Shown: positions 25,395 to 37,373 of the stretch, piece by piece
Layout: each line of letters opens with the position of its first letter
Position numbering within the stretch: position 1 is the stretch's first letter
Assembly: GCA_965153285.1 (NCBI GenBank)
Contig: OZ229126.1
Source: Podarcis tiliguerta
Lineage: Eukaryota
Strand: one strand, 5' to 3'
Length of the DNA: 64,000 nt
Translations under genes and position numbers: made by a program
The notes under the pieces: model-generated
Told to the model about the DNA's origin: nothing
Database searches by the model: none
Seen by the model: the letters and a program-made list of their open reading frames with translations, nothing else

Positions 25395-27372
25395 ATGATG
25401 GGAGCATCAGTAGAAGGCTTAACAGAAGTGTAGAAGGCTTAATTTCAGAATTGAATAAGACTGGAATTTTGTTGCAATATTGGAGTTAGAACCACATAAT
25501 TAGACTCATATTTCCATACTTAAAAGAATTTTGTTACAACCTATTTATAAAATCACGCATTTGCTCTTATACAGTATCTATCTCATGTTTTGTGATGAAA
25601 ACCATCCACTCTACACTGAAATATTGGCCAAAATTCATTTCAAATGCATTTCAGTTGCTCTCTGGATTACTCTCTCCTAGCGGACATATCACATTTAAAT
25701 GAAGGAATTATAGACATTTTCAGCTCTTTGTGGCTTTTCAAGCTTTATGTTCAGCTGGTGTTTTTGGATTTGGAACCATCTTTCTACCCAGCTTTTTATG
25801 AGCAGGATCATGGAATTGGTTAAAGCTCAATAACTGTTTTCTTGCACACAGTGTCTGTAGCAGCTCACTGCATTGTCACGCAATTCCTTCTCCTCATGTG
25901 CCTTTGGCAAGAAAGCATTTCCCAGAAGGTACTGGGCTCTCCTTAAAATGAATAATTGGTGTTCAGTACAGTCTGATCAATATGCATTATTGCTTTATAT
26001 ACTCTACTGTACTATCAGTGAATAAGCAAGAGGCATTGTTAGTATCAACAGAATAAATGGAAAGACCACACATAGAGAAGTCAATCTAATGCTGGTTTCA
26101 TTGCTATCCAAATTGCAAAATGGGGAAGACTGGCTGAGCCAACCCATCTCTTGAGAGAAGACGTTGCTCCTCTGAAGAAGGGTAACATGCAAATAGACTG
26201 TGGTGGGGAGGGGGGTGTTTCAGAACAAATATGTCAAACACACTTTAGAATGGTTAGTTATGTATATGTATACTATTCAACCTTTTTTTCAAGGAGCTCA
26301 ATACAACCTATCTGATGTCCCTTCCATTTTCTTTCAGCAGAAAGAAAATTTTGATTTATCAATTTTTATTGTTTTAATTAGTCTATTTTTTACTTTAAAA
26401 TGTTGTTTTGTATTTCTCTTTGTAAGACTCTCAGAGAATTTTATGTAAATTTAATAAAATAATCATAATCGTTAATTAGCCGTTTGAAGTTGTCCAGGCT
26501 GGGAGAGTATGATTGGCCAGAGGCCAATTTGAGCTTGAGTCTTTCTTGTCTTAGTCCAACACCCTAACCATTACACTATGTTGGCCACACCATGTCCTTG
26601 GGCAAACAAGCATCTGATGAGAGATATGTTGAAGGGCTGTTTAATCTTTTTAACTAATAGCTGCTGGAAGGACCATAGCACCCACGCATGAAGGAAGATG
26701 GGGCCCAGAGTTTGTTCTGGGAGTGTCTCCTTACAGCTTGTCTCTTCTCTCTGTATGTGGCTAATTCTGCTGTGTCTTTGCATTTAGGGCAGCTGAATGA
26801 ACCAATCACACCTGAAGCAGAGATGCAGCACAATTTTTTTTCATCCCTCAGAGCTGTTTGTTGTATCTCTGCATTAGTTACCCCTGAGCTTGCCTTTTTT
26901 CCTATCAGGGCAGGGACTCATTCAGAGACACCAGGGGGTGGCTTCCTCTGTAGAAAGATAATTTTTTACTTTTTCACATGCTTAATGTAAACCTTTTGGG
27001 AAAAGAAAGTGAAATATACCTCCAGTTTTCAGAAGCTTGGGAAACACTGGATTAGATGCTAATCAATACCATGTTCATTTCCCTCTCCCCTCCACACACT
27101 CCTTTCAGAGGATTATACTGCTTGTTTTCAATGCCTCTCTCTTGAGTGACATCCATCTTATTTGCATTGATCAGAAATAATGGCTGATGAAGCCTGCTGT
27201 CTACTGTGATCCAAGCCAATTTGCGCAAGTATTTTTTAAATGCCGAAATCAAATAGTTGACCTTTTCTGATGACTGTTGGCAGTTTGAATGGTCATGATA
27301 AAGCAGATGTGAAGCAGCTCCTAGGTGGTGGGTTTCAAAAAGTGGGTTTAAAACATGATCAGGGGGATGTTC

Positions 27373-27375
<3 letters not shown>

Positions 27376-27405
<30 letters not shown>

Positions 27406-27425
27406 ACGCACACACACACACACAC
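27376..27425. repeat. (GT)n-(CA)n inverted compound microsatellite
   Basis: About 14 GT units, gcacgc, then about 8 AC units. Confidence 0.9.
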
Positions 27426-30400
27426 ATGCATGTGCTTAAAATGTACCTGGGAAATGGCAGGCTTCTATTAGCAATGTTATTTTTTCAGAATAAACAGACC
27501 AGACTTCATTGTGATTTACTATACAAAAGGACAAATCATGATGTTGGTGAATTCCACATGGGGGGGGGGACTGTTATTAGTTATTGAATTTTTGTTTATT
27601 GAATTTATAGCCCACATTTCCTTTCATAGTAGCCCAGGACAGCAAACAGATACACAATTTAAAAGCGAAAACCAAGCAAAAGCTTTTTGTGTGTGTGTGT
27701 AAACTACTTTGAGGGGTTTTTTACAATCAAGGGGTGTGGAAATTTTATGAAATAAATAAATGAAAAACATTCTAAAACAGTTTAAATATTCTGAGTTATG
27801 AAGATTTTCAGTTGTGTCAGTTAATTTATCCGATAGCAGGCAATAGACAGGCCCTGAGTGAAGATGAAACTGTCACAATCAGTGGATGTTCCTCTGTGGA
27901 CACAAACTTTCCACTAACTTTCCTTCCAGCATAACTCCTTAATGCATTCACGAGGTGTATATCTATCACATGGAAAGTATGGCAATGCTGATTAATCCCA
28001 CCTACAGATAAACAACTGAGAGATTAAATTTGCCAATGTCCAAGTCAACTGGCTTAATATCCATCAGATCCTGTACTTTGTTTCCAAGAGGAAGGTTGAG
28101 GAGCAAGACCCTAGAGGTCTCATGCCTTTTGAGGCATTGTTTTTTAGCATGGCAGATGAATCAAGGCACCTTGTTTTAAAGATATTCTGTGTATCTGCAT
28201 TAACAAAAGACAGCGTAGGAATGATAGTTGGTCAGAGGCAGGTTTGGGCATAGATATTAGTCTATGAGGATAGCATCCAGAAGAAGAGCAATAAAGCTCC
28301 TACTATACCTCTCTGGTTCAGCAAACTTTGGGAAATTGCCAGTGTGGAGATGTGTACTATATGTGTCAAATCGATGTCATCAAGGGGCAAGGAAAACAGG
28401 ATTCCTATTTTGTAGAATGGAAGCGTTTTAATTTTAATACTAGTAAGACTCTCACAGTACAAGGACACTTCCAGTCCAATGTGTGACAGTTTGTGGAAAA
28501 AATAATGATTCAGGCGTCTGTTGATTTTTCATCAGTTAATGTTGTTTATGAGGCCTTAATTCCCTCTGTCTAATGAATATTACAATTCAGAACTTTGTGT
28601 TCAGCAGGTCAACATGTCATAGGAGAAATCTACACACATATTAAAAATGCTTTAAAAAAGATGTTTTGAAAAATACATTGAGTTTTGCATAGTGTCACAT
28701 TTGTATATTGCACATTGTAACACATTTATAACGTTTTGTTTGCAGCTGTGTAGCTGAGTCCCTAGTTGACATGTTGCCTGTCATCATCTGGATGAACTCA
28801 ACAAGCCTGAGTGAATTGTTGGGCTAGGATGTAGCTAGGAGGAGAATTTCTGATAAATTTAGTTTCACTTTGAAATAATCTCAGCTAAGCCTGACATTTG
28901 CACCAGGTTTAAAACAAGCTCTGGACAGTTTTATAAGAAGCTATCTCCAAACCGATACGATGTTTAACATGAGATGGGGAGTAGAATATTTCATTTTTTT
29001 TTTTTTGGTTTAGGCTTCCAGTGTTTGGTCTGCAGTTTGAAAATGTGATTATTTTTAAAAAGTGTCCAATCCAGTTAACAGCAATGTTCTTACTTGCCTT
29101 TTAGTTTTCATTGGTTTGTATTTCCTTTGATTATAGAGTTTGAAGTACAAATGTTCATTTCTTCTTTATGGTCTTGTATTTATGCACACTTTGAATGACA
29201 ATGCCCAATACCCATTTGTAAGAAAACTTCCCTATTTGCATGTTAGAAGGGCATCCAGTGAGGAATGGAGCGGCCGGGGTTTGAACACCAAAGGGAGGGC
29301 AATGGCCTCCATACCTCAGGCAGAAACATTACAGGGTATTTTAATCAGATGCGATACCGCCAACTGCTCTAAAAAGGCAATTCAAATCAAGTGCTAGGGA
29401 GGGGTTTTTTATTATTAGGAGAGGAAGCAGACTGAACAAAGCAGAACCAATAGACATCTCCACTCATACATTTGCTTGACAGAAATATATCTGAAGTATA
29501 AAAATTATAGTCAGAAATGGGAATCTCAATTACCTGCAGAGCTTTCAATATGATGCAGCTCTTCATATCAGGACCTGAAAATTATCTCTCTGTGTCTCAG
29601 TTTGTTAGGGTATGATAAATCTCATTTTAGGGGTTGACCAGTTCAGCCATGAGAAGGAAGCGATTTCATGTAGGCAGTTTTCTCTGTCTTGCTTGTTTCC
29701 CAAAATAGGAGTGCATCAGTGTAGTTATACCTAACTGGTTGCTTCTCTGTGAGGATGTGACAATGAATTATTGGCTTTGGTAGATAATACATAATTTATC
29801 TGATTGATTTCACAGATTTTTTTAAGCTTTCCAGTTGTTGAATTATTGAAAGTTTTGATATTTCAGATCTAGTAGCACCATTTCAATCACCCTCCATGTC
29901 CCATTTCAGCCAAGGCTCCATAATGTGGCAAATGGAAACAGTACTGCAGAAAGAAAAGGTTCTGCTCTTGCATAACTCTGCTCCATAAACCAGTGAGGTT
30001 TATGAAGCAGAGATGCCATGTGGATTTCATCATTTTATAACTAAAAATGGTGTGGATGGATAAACTGGAAGCAAAGTGGTATAAGGGGCACCCTTTCCAT
30101 TCATAAATAAATGTAAAGGGTACCCTTCTGGCACATTATATGTACAGTTAATTTATAAGAGAAGCACAGGTTGCTAAATTTTCCTTTACACTGGGAAAGT
30201 GTGACGAAACTGCTGGGGAAAAGACCAGTAATGTGTAATATTGCTCCCCCACCCTTGCTTTGAAGGCAGTCAACTCTAAATAATCTGATTATTCATAATT
30301 CACTGAGAATAAATAATTAATTTTTTCATTAACTAAAGGTGTTGTGTAATAACATATGTTTTATTTTAAAGTCAATTTAATATTAATTACAGGTTCAGCT

Positions 30401-33372
30401 AGTGGAACTTCTGGAGAAATTGCTCCAAGGTGACTTGTACACCATCTAGGAGACTAGATATTAGTCTCTTTGGGGCCTCCTGGACTATACAGTCTGCTTT
30501 CCTTCTTTGGGATTTGGTCTGGAAGATAAGGGGTCCAAATTGTGCAGGGACCCCAGAAGCAACTTTAGCTCACATTGCCTAGCAGACCCAATTTGACTAG
30601 CACAAACTCAAACTGGTTTATTTGTTATTGTATATATTTCAACAAGCCCAAAGTTCGAGAGTCAGTAGCACAGATGTTGTGAGGGTGTGGTGATCTGTCA
30701 TGGAACAACCCCATGGAAGAAGATAACAGTGGTTACCCAGACCTTGATGCTGTTGCGAAGGGGCCCCATGACTGTTCAAGCTCCAAAAATATAGGTCCAT
30801 CATTGAGAACTGACTGCGGTTGGTGGGACAGTGCCCCATTAGCCCTAATGGACCAGCCATCATTGTTAGGAAGTGGAATTCAGCCACCAAACCAAAGTGC
30901 AAGTTGCTACTGAAAGTATATAGCAAAAATGAGTGGTGTTGGCAGTGGCTGGCAATCTTACCTTAATGGAAACGCAACAATATATATTTGCATATATATT
31001 TACTTGAAGGGTACATTTGCCCTGAGAGATTATTTAGAATCCAGTGGTTCAGCTAATATCAAGAGTTTTTTATTTCTTTGCTGTCAACCCATTTCACTCT
31101 TCTCTGGAAGAAAAGCAACATTATATCCTTTGAACTTAAAAAAATTATTTTTATTTTTGGAACCAATAAAATTATGGTAAATATTTACAAATAATTATCT
31201 CACATAAAGGTTACATAAAATCAAAATGTCCACAAGTAACAGTCACTCTCATGAAAAGACACACAGATATTGAAACTACGCCAATCTTATTGCATGTTTC
31301 TTCAACTAATCTAAAATAAAATGTTTGCAGTCAACCATTTAACTTAGAATAAAAATCACAGTCCAGTATTGACAAGAAAATTGAGAAACAAAGCAAAAAA
31401 AATCAACTTATTCCCCAAACACCCCTCCCTTTGACCCACACCTTAAACACCCACCCAGCTAAAAAAAATAAAATCAAACAAAAACTTCCCAAAACAAAAT
31501 TAAACAAAACAAAGTGTTCGACATCTTTGGCAAATTGGCACTGCTGTCATTACATTCAAATATTATTACACACAAAAGCAACACACAACACTAAGAAAAA
31601 AAACACCAAGATTTCAAGTCAGTTCTTTTCCTACTAGAAAAAAAGAATACAAAACATACACATTTTAAGAAGCAATTTTATCTGTGTGGAGACAGTCATC
31701 TCCTACGTTCAAAGGCAATTCAATTGTATTTTTATGTTTTTTTATTTGTTTTGTCTATTTTGTTGGTTTTCAAAAGTAAGCTTCTAAACAGCCATCAGAG
31801 ACTTTGGTGAATACAATCGACATTTATTTCTTTGATGCTGGATACCCTTCATAAAGGGAGTTTGTCTTTGAAAAAAAATTAGCATTCACTCAGAAAGGAA
31901 TCCATTTGCAATGTAACATGTTTCTGTGTTTTTAAAGGCCACTAGAAAGTGACAGACCAGGACAGTGTCTTTTCCAATGCAGGTCTGAGCAAAACAAAAG
32001 AAAGAAGAGGTTTGTTCATGCATTATGTTTTTTGCAGGATTCGTTCCAGGAGAGAATTAGATTTATCCTTTATTAGTTGCCAGCTGTTTACATTGGCCAG
32101 GATCCAAAGCACAGCGCAACTAGTTCCATGCCCCCAAGAAGGCTTTGGGCTTGTGTTTCTCAGGCAGCAGCCTCCAGTGTTTTATGGCAAGTCACTTTTG
32201 AAATGAAGGGGACTTTCAAAAGCTAATTGTGATATGGCATAGGCATCTGTTGTTGAAAACGGAAATGGTTTTAGCATCACATTGGACACAACCGAGCACT
32301 CAGGGACCCCTTATGTACCACTTCGGACCTCCACATTACACTTAGGCTTTCCATGACCTCCCTCACCGAGTCTCTTTCAGAGGTGAATTATCTCTATGAA
32401 TTGATTGGAGATAGACTTAAAGCTACTTTGCAGCAGGACAATAATTACCTCCCAATACAAAAACAAGGAGTAAAAAAAAATGATGTGCATGCAAGTGCCC
32501 ACCTGACTTAAGTTTGCCTTGCAAGGCAGGGTGAAAAAATCTCAAAGACTCGCAGACCTCACAAACACGCTGGAAAATCCAGGATTGTAATGGACTTTGG
32601 ACCAATTCCAATAGGGATGTGTACGCAAAGATGGAAACATTGGCCAACAATTGCTCTTTGTACTGTCTTGGCTGTTATATTTAAACACAGAGTACACAGT
32701 GATATTGAAAGAGGGACAATGGGTTGGATCCAGAGTTTTCTCCCACTGGTGATGGCATCCACTGAACCAGGTTTCACTCAGGATGTTCTTGCCAGCGGAA
32801 GAGATAAGAGGCATTTGTTTTGGCCAATTTTCCCACCCCCCTGCCATTTCAGTGTCATCTCTCATGCTGTTCCACAGAGTCCTCCAACTTCCAGAGTAGA
32901 TCTGAGGGGGCAAAGGGGACTACAGGGGAAGGGAGAACCAGCAAAATCATATTCTGGAATTGCTTTTCCATTGGTGGGATTCCTCTGCTGAATCAGAAGC
33001 CTCCCATGGATGGAAGCAGCTTATCTCTTCAGAAACCAAGTCTAGATACTGTCCAGCATGTAAAGATGGTCACATGATCTGACAGCCAAGCTAGCTGATG
33101 AATACTGATTTTAGACTCTGTATCATAGACTTATGGAGCGCTACTTTTAATGTAAATAAGTATACATGAAACTTTGGATTGCGTCTACTGCTTCTGTCCC
33201 TTGGTGCTGTTATTATTGTTATTTCTGTTGTCTAGTCTTTGACTGTAATAAAGATGAACTAAGCTATATGACATTAATGATATTTCTGGTACTGTGCCTT
33301 GCATGGTGTATTTTGTTTGGCATTGTCATGTTGACCCCAGTCATAAAATGATAGCATGTAGGATGGAACCAG

Positions 33373-33377
<5 letters not shown>

Positions 33378-33406
<29 letters not shown>
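33378..33406. repeat. (CA)n microsatellite
   Basis: Perfect CA run. Confidence 0.95.
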
Positions 33407-33407
<1 letters not shown>

Positions 33408-34057
33408 TTCAGGTGTATTCTGGTATATACAGTGTAGCAATTAAAAGTTGACTATTGATTACTCAGAAAGTTTAGCTTGCCACATTTATAAATACAATAG
33501 TTGCAGCCTGAGCTGGAAGAAAATGTGTGGTTTCATTTATGAGCTTCCTCCCTGTTTCAATTCCAAGGAAAATGGAAATATGATGGAGTAAATATCAGAC
33601 CATAAATGAGAAAATACATTGTCAGGCAGGTCCACAGATATGGTCTGTGGACCCCTTTATTCAGCACACCTAATTTTAGTGGAGATATTTGAAATACTTC
33701 CTGCTGGTTTGGGGTAGGCTAAAATAAAGGAATCCCCATACATTCAGAGACCTTAGAAACAGATAAAGTGACACAAGTCACTTTACTATTGAAAAACTAG
33801 AAATTTAATTTAATTTCCTTTGTCTAATGCCCCCATGCCCCAAAAGCCAACTTTTGTTCAGAACATAAAATCTAAAAAAAAAATTTAACCAATTTAATAT
33901 TGAAAATTAATTTTATATCTATAATACTGTATAATACTGACAACAGAACACTCCAGAAGGAATTGAAACTTCAAATTCTAAAACTTCATAAAGTTTATCA
34001 AATTCAGTTTTCTACATACGAAGTTTATTCAACTAGAAATCTGCCAATATTTTTTAA

Positions 34058-34466
34058 TAAAGGAGTCCTATCCTGGTTAAAATCTTCTAGAGAAGCTGTA
34101 AAAATATGATCGTATAAAGATACATTATATAAAGTATACATTTTTCTCTCTGAGAAATAATATATTTAATGTAGCTCCACTGGAAAAAGCTTTGAGGTCG
34201 GGAAAGGGTATAGAAAAGTTAAACCTCAAAAGAACTGGAGATGCTTCAGATAAGCATCCACTCTTTTTAGGGCTTATCAAAAGAGAGTCACACCTCCAGA
34301 TCTTTTGAGAGTGACCGATCAATATTCAACAGATGTAAATGATTGGTTTCACTATTAAACCATGTACTTCCCAGTTAAAGCTGGAGGGACTCTCTCAGAG
34401 TAAGCAGTTTCAGGACTGGAGATATTTGCCACCAACTTTCCTTCCATAAACAATAGGACTCCTTTA
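34058..34466. mobile_element. Putative TIR element with (T)TAA-AGG termini (Kolobok/T2-like)
   Basis: 14-bp perfect inverted repeat taaaggagtcctat (34058-34071)/ataggactccttta (34453-34466); TTAA on the right, ATAA on the left. Confidence 0.45.
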
Positions 34467-34696
34467 ATAATATTCTGGTTAAGCTTGGGACACCAATGTC
34501 CCTTGCAGAGTAAACACAGAAGGGCACTGAGTGCTAAGCCACCTGCAAAGTATCTCTAGAAGAAGAGAAATGTGTTCTCTTTTGCACCGTTAAGGCAGTG
34601 GATACAGGGCTTCTACTAAAACCCCAAACGTTTTCTGGATCTTTAGTTGATATATATTGACCTATCCTCACTAATGTGAGTGTAGACTTGCTAGAT

Positions 34697-34867
34697 AAAA
34701 CAACAAAAGACCCTTGTGGCACCTGAAGAGCAAATAAATATATTGTGGGCATAAGCTTTTGTTGATTCTAGTCCATGAAAGCTTGCGCTTTAATAAATTA
34801 GCTAGTTTGTAAAGTACCACAAGACTCTGTTGTTTTTGCTAACAGCTAACACAGCTACCCCTTTGGA
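34697..34867. mobile_element. Penelope-like element terminal inverted (hairpin) remnant
   Basis: aaaacaacaaaagacccttgtggcacc..ggcataagcttt / aaagcttgcgc..gtaccacaagactctgttgtttt palindrome followed by ctaacacagctacccct, as recalled for sauropsid Penelope termini. Confidence 0.7.
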
Positions 34868-37222
34868 TGAAAAAGTTCCTAAGGCCTTTTCAGCAAAAAG
34901 ACGGTAATTAAAGCATTACTTTTGCAGCATGGAAACGGCTTCAGCATTGTCTAGTTCATAGGTGAACACTATGATCCATAGGGCCCGATACAGTCCACCG
35001 CCATCACATTTTGCACAGCTCACACAAGGTGACAGCACCCTCAGCCAACTGCCAAGTCATCCCTCCCCCCCCCCCCTTTCAGTGCCCAGTGCCAGAAGTG
35101 AGGACAGTGATAGGACCACCTTTTTCATGATGGCATTTATATTAGAGAGGAGAGTGCCTTTCCTCCTTCACACCCAGCAAAAAGCAACCTTCAAGGCATT
35201 CTGAGTTGTGAACTGGCCGCCCTGGTATCAGTATCAGTAGCACTGGAGGCAACCATTTTAGCCCCTGGTGTTCCACAGTGTTTCACACATAATAGAACTG
35301 TGGGGGAACAGGCCATGCTGAGGCAGTTTTCAGACTGGAAAGGTAAAGCTTGAATTGGATCTCAAGAGTATCTGTTGACCTGATAGTTAGCAACTGATAA
35401 TATTTTTCCCTCAATAAACTTGCTTCTATTGACAGAATAATAGACTGTTGTGAGCTGGTCCACACTCTTGCTTACTTGGGAATTTTGTGTACATGGTTGG
35501 GGCAATGAATGTATGCCTCAAACACAAATTATTTTATTGTGGAGGCTGAAGTCCCCATGGCCCTTAGGAGTTGGCTCTTATGCATACATGTATATCTGCT
35601 CCCTGCAAGTCTTAATATCCGAAAAAGGTTAGATCCTAGGAATCTGTCAAAGATCTATGCAAATGAATGCTTATTTGTTGTCCTGCTATGTTTATGGGGT
35701 TGCAAGAGAGGCAAAGGGTTGAACGAGCTGTAAATGTGGTGGTTCATCTGTCCTCATTGTGTTATCTTGCATTGCTGATTTTACCATATATTAATAAATA
35801 TGATTGTCTAAACTGGCTGTGAGGAAACATTATAAAATGAATGTTGCATGGGCATGATGACTTTAAAAAAGAAAATCAGTATCATTGATATATGTATTGT
35901 GGGGATGTAATGAATAATTGTTTTTTTTTCAGATATTCATAAGCCTAGTGGACATTGTAGACTTAGAATTAAGGGTGGAGGTGCATATTCTTTCCCCAAG
36001 TACATGTCTATCAATGGTAACCTTAGAAGTTGCAGTGTACAATACATCTCTGAATGGGAACGGAGCTGCAGGCTGCTCTTGCTGAATATTCCCTCCAGCG
36101 TGTTCACCCTGCTTTTCTCATAAGCTCTGCTCCTGTACTTGTGAGGGACTAGAACCTAGTCAATAGGTGATAGCAGAACCAGTAGTGTGGAATTTTCAAA
36201 GGCTGCATACCTAAAGGTCTTCCTAATCTACCGCAAGCTGTTGAAAAGCTCCTGGTTGTGTTTGGGCACCATGCCAAATCAGATAATGCTTGAATGCTCC
36301 TTATCCTGCTTTGCCCCATCAACGGGCAAAGTATGTATGGCAACATCAAATACTCAGCAAGTCAAAAGCATTTTAACATTGCCACACAGAATAAGTGAGG
36401 GTGTTTTTGGCTGCCTGCACCTAGGAAGAATAAAAGCTTACCTCAGCTGACCCTCAGAAGCCACACATTTGTGGTAGAGGAAGAAAAGGTTCTTGGTTTG
36501 CTATCTTGAGGAGTGGCTGCCTTTGTGAGTTACGGACACCTTAAGCATTTGGTATGGCACTAAAAAGCAGACGTGAGAGCCTGTTGTAAGAACATTGCCT
36601 TCATTGTTAATCCATAGTTTCAAAGTAACCAATTTGGGCTAGAAATTGGTTAAAGCCCTCCCTTTTTTTGTTCTAACACCTTCCCTAGGAACACGTGCTC
36701 TTCAAAGTTGAATCAGAGGTTTAAATTGCCATTTGCTCAGATTCTGCTTTAAAGAGCAGGGTTTTTGCAGGGGGGGGCTCAGTCACACAGTATTAATGTG
36801 CAGACTAAGAGCAGGGCAAATGGAAAGTGTGGGAAAGATCTAATGGATGGCTTTTTTAGTGTGAAGCCAGCAGATCTAGGCCATTCCACCCCATGTTAAA
36901 ATTCCTGCCATTCCTGTAAATATCATAGTGTTATATTTCACACTTGCAGACTGTACGTTGTGTGTGTGTGCTGAGAATGCCATGCAAAATTAAATCTACC
37001 TGCACACAGAAGACTGGCACAAAGGGGACTGCTTGGTCAGTTTTTTATTTCAATAAGACCAAAGGTGCAGGTGGGAAGCAAGAGTTTGCAGCAATCTGAG
37101 CCTTGCTTTCACCCCTCTGTACATAGTGGAAGGGCACCCACAATCCTCCAAAATTGTGGCCACAGCCTGCCTGGAATTTGTGTAAGTCTCACAATGCAAT
37201 CCTCTACATGCCTACTCAGAAG

Positions 37223-37373
37223 CATAGGTGCCAGCTCCCTGGGTGCCTGAGCACCCACAAAATTCCCCATGAAGGGGGTGGGCACCCACAAATTTCGGCG
37301 CCAGGGCCAAGCATGCTGCATGGCACCCATGGCCCTGGGCACCCACAGTAGGGAGCAAGCCCTGGCGCTGATG
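37223..37373. mobile_element. hAT MITE inserted in an older palindromic repeat (~37194-37430)
   Basis: TIR cataggtgccag/ctggcgctgatg; perfect 8-bp TSD ctcagaag (37215-37222/37374-37381); internal gcaccca repeats. Confidence 0.85.

Noticed and set aside
30393-30429. Possible 37-nt plus-strand microexon (ttacag|GTTCAG..CCAAG|gtgact)
   Set aside because: Weak pyrimidine tract and donor, and no recognisable peptide.
32590-32991. Overlapping 120-130-aa ORFs
   Set aside because: No recognisable domain or splice signals; this length is expected by chance in a locally GC-richer patch.
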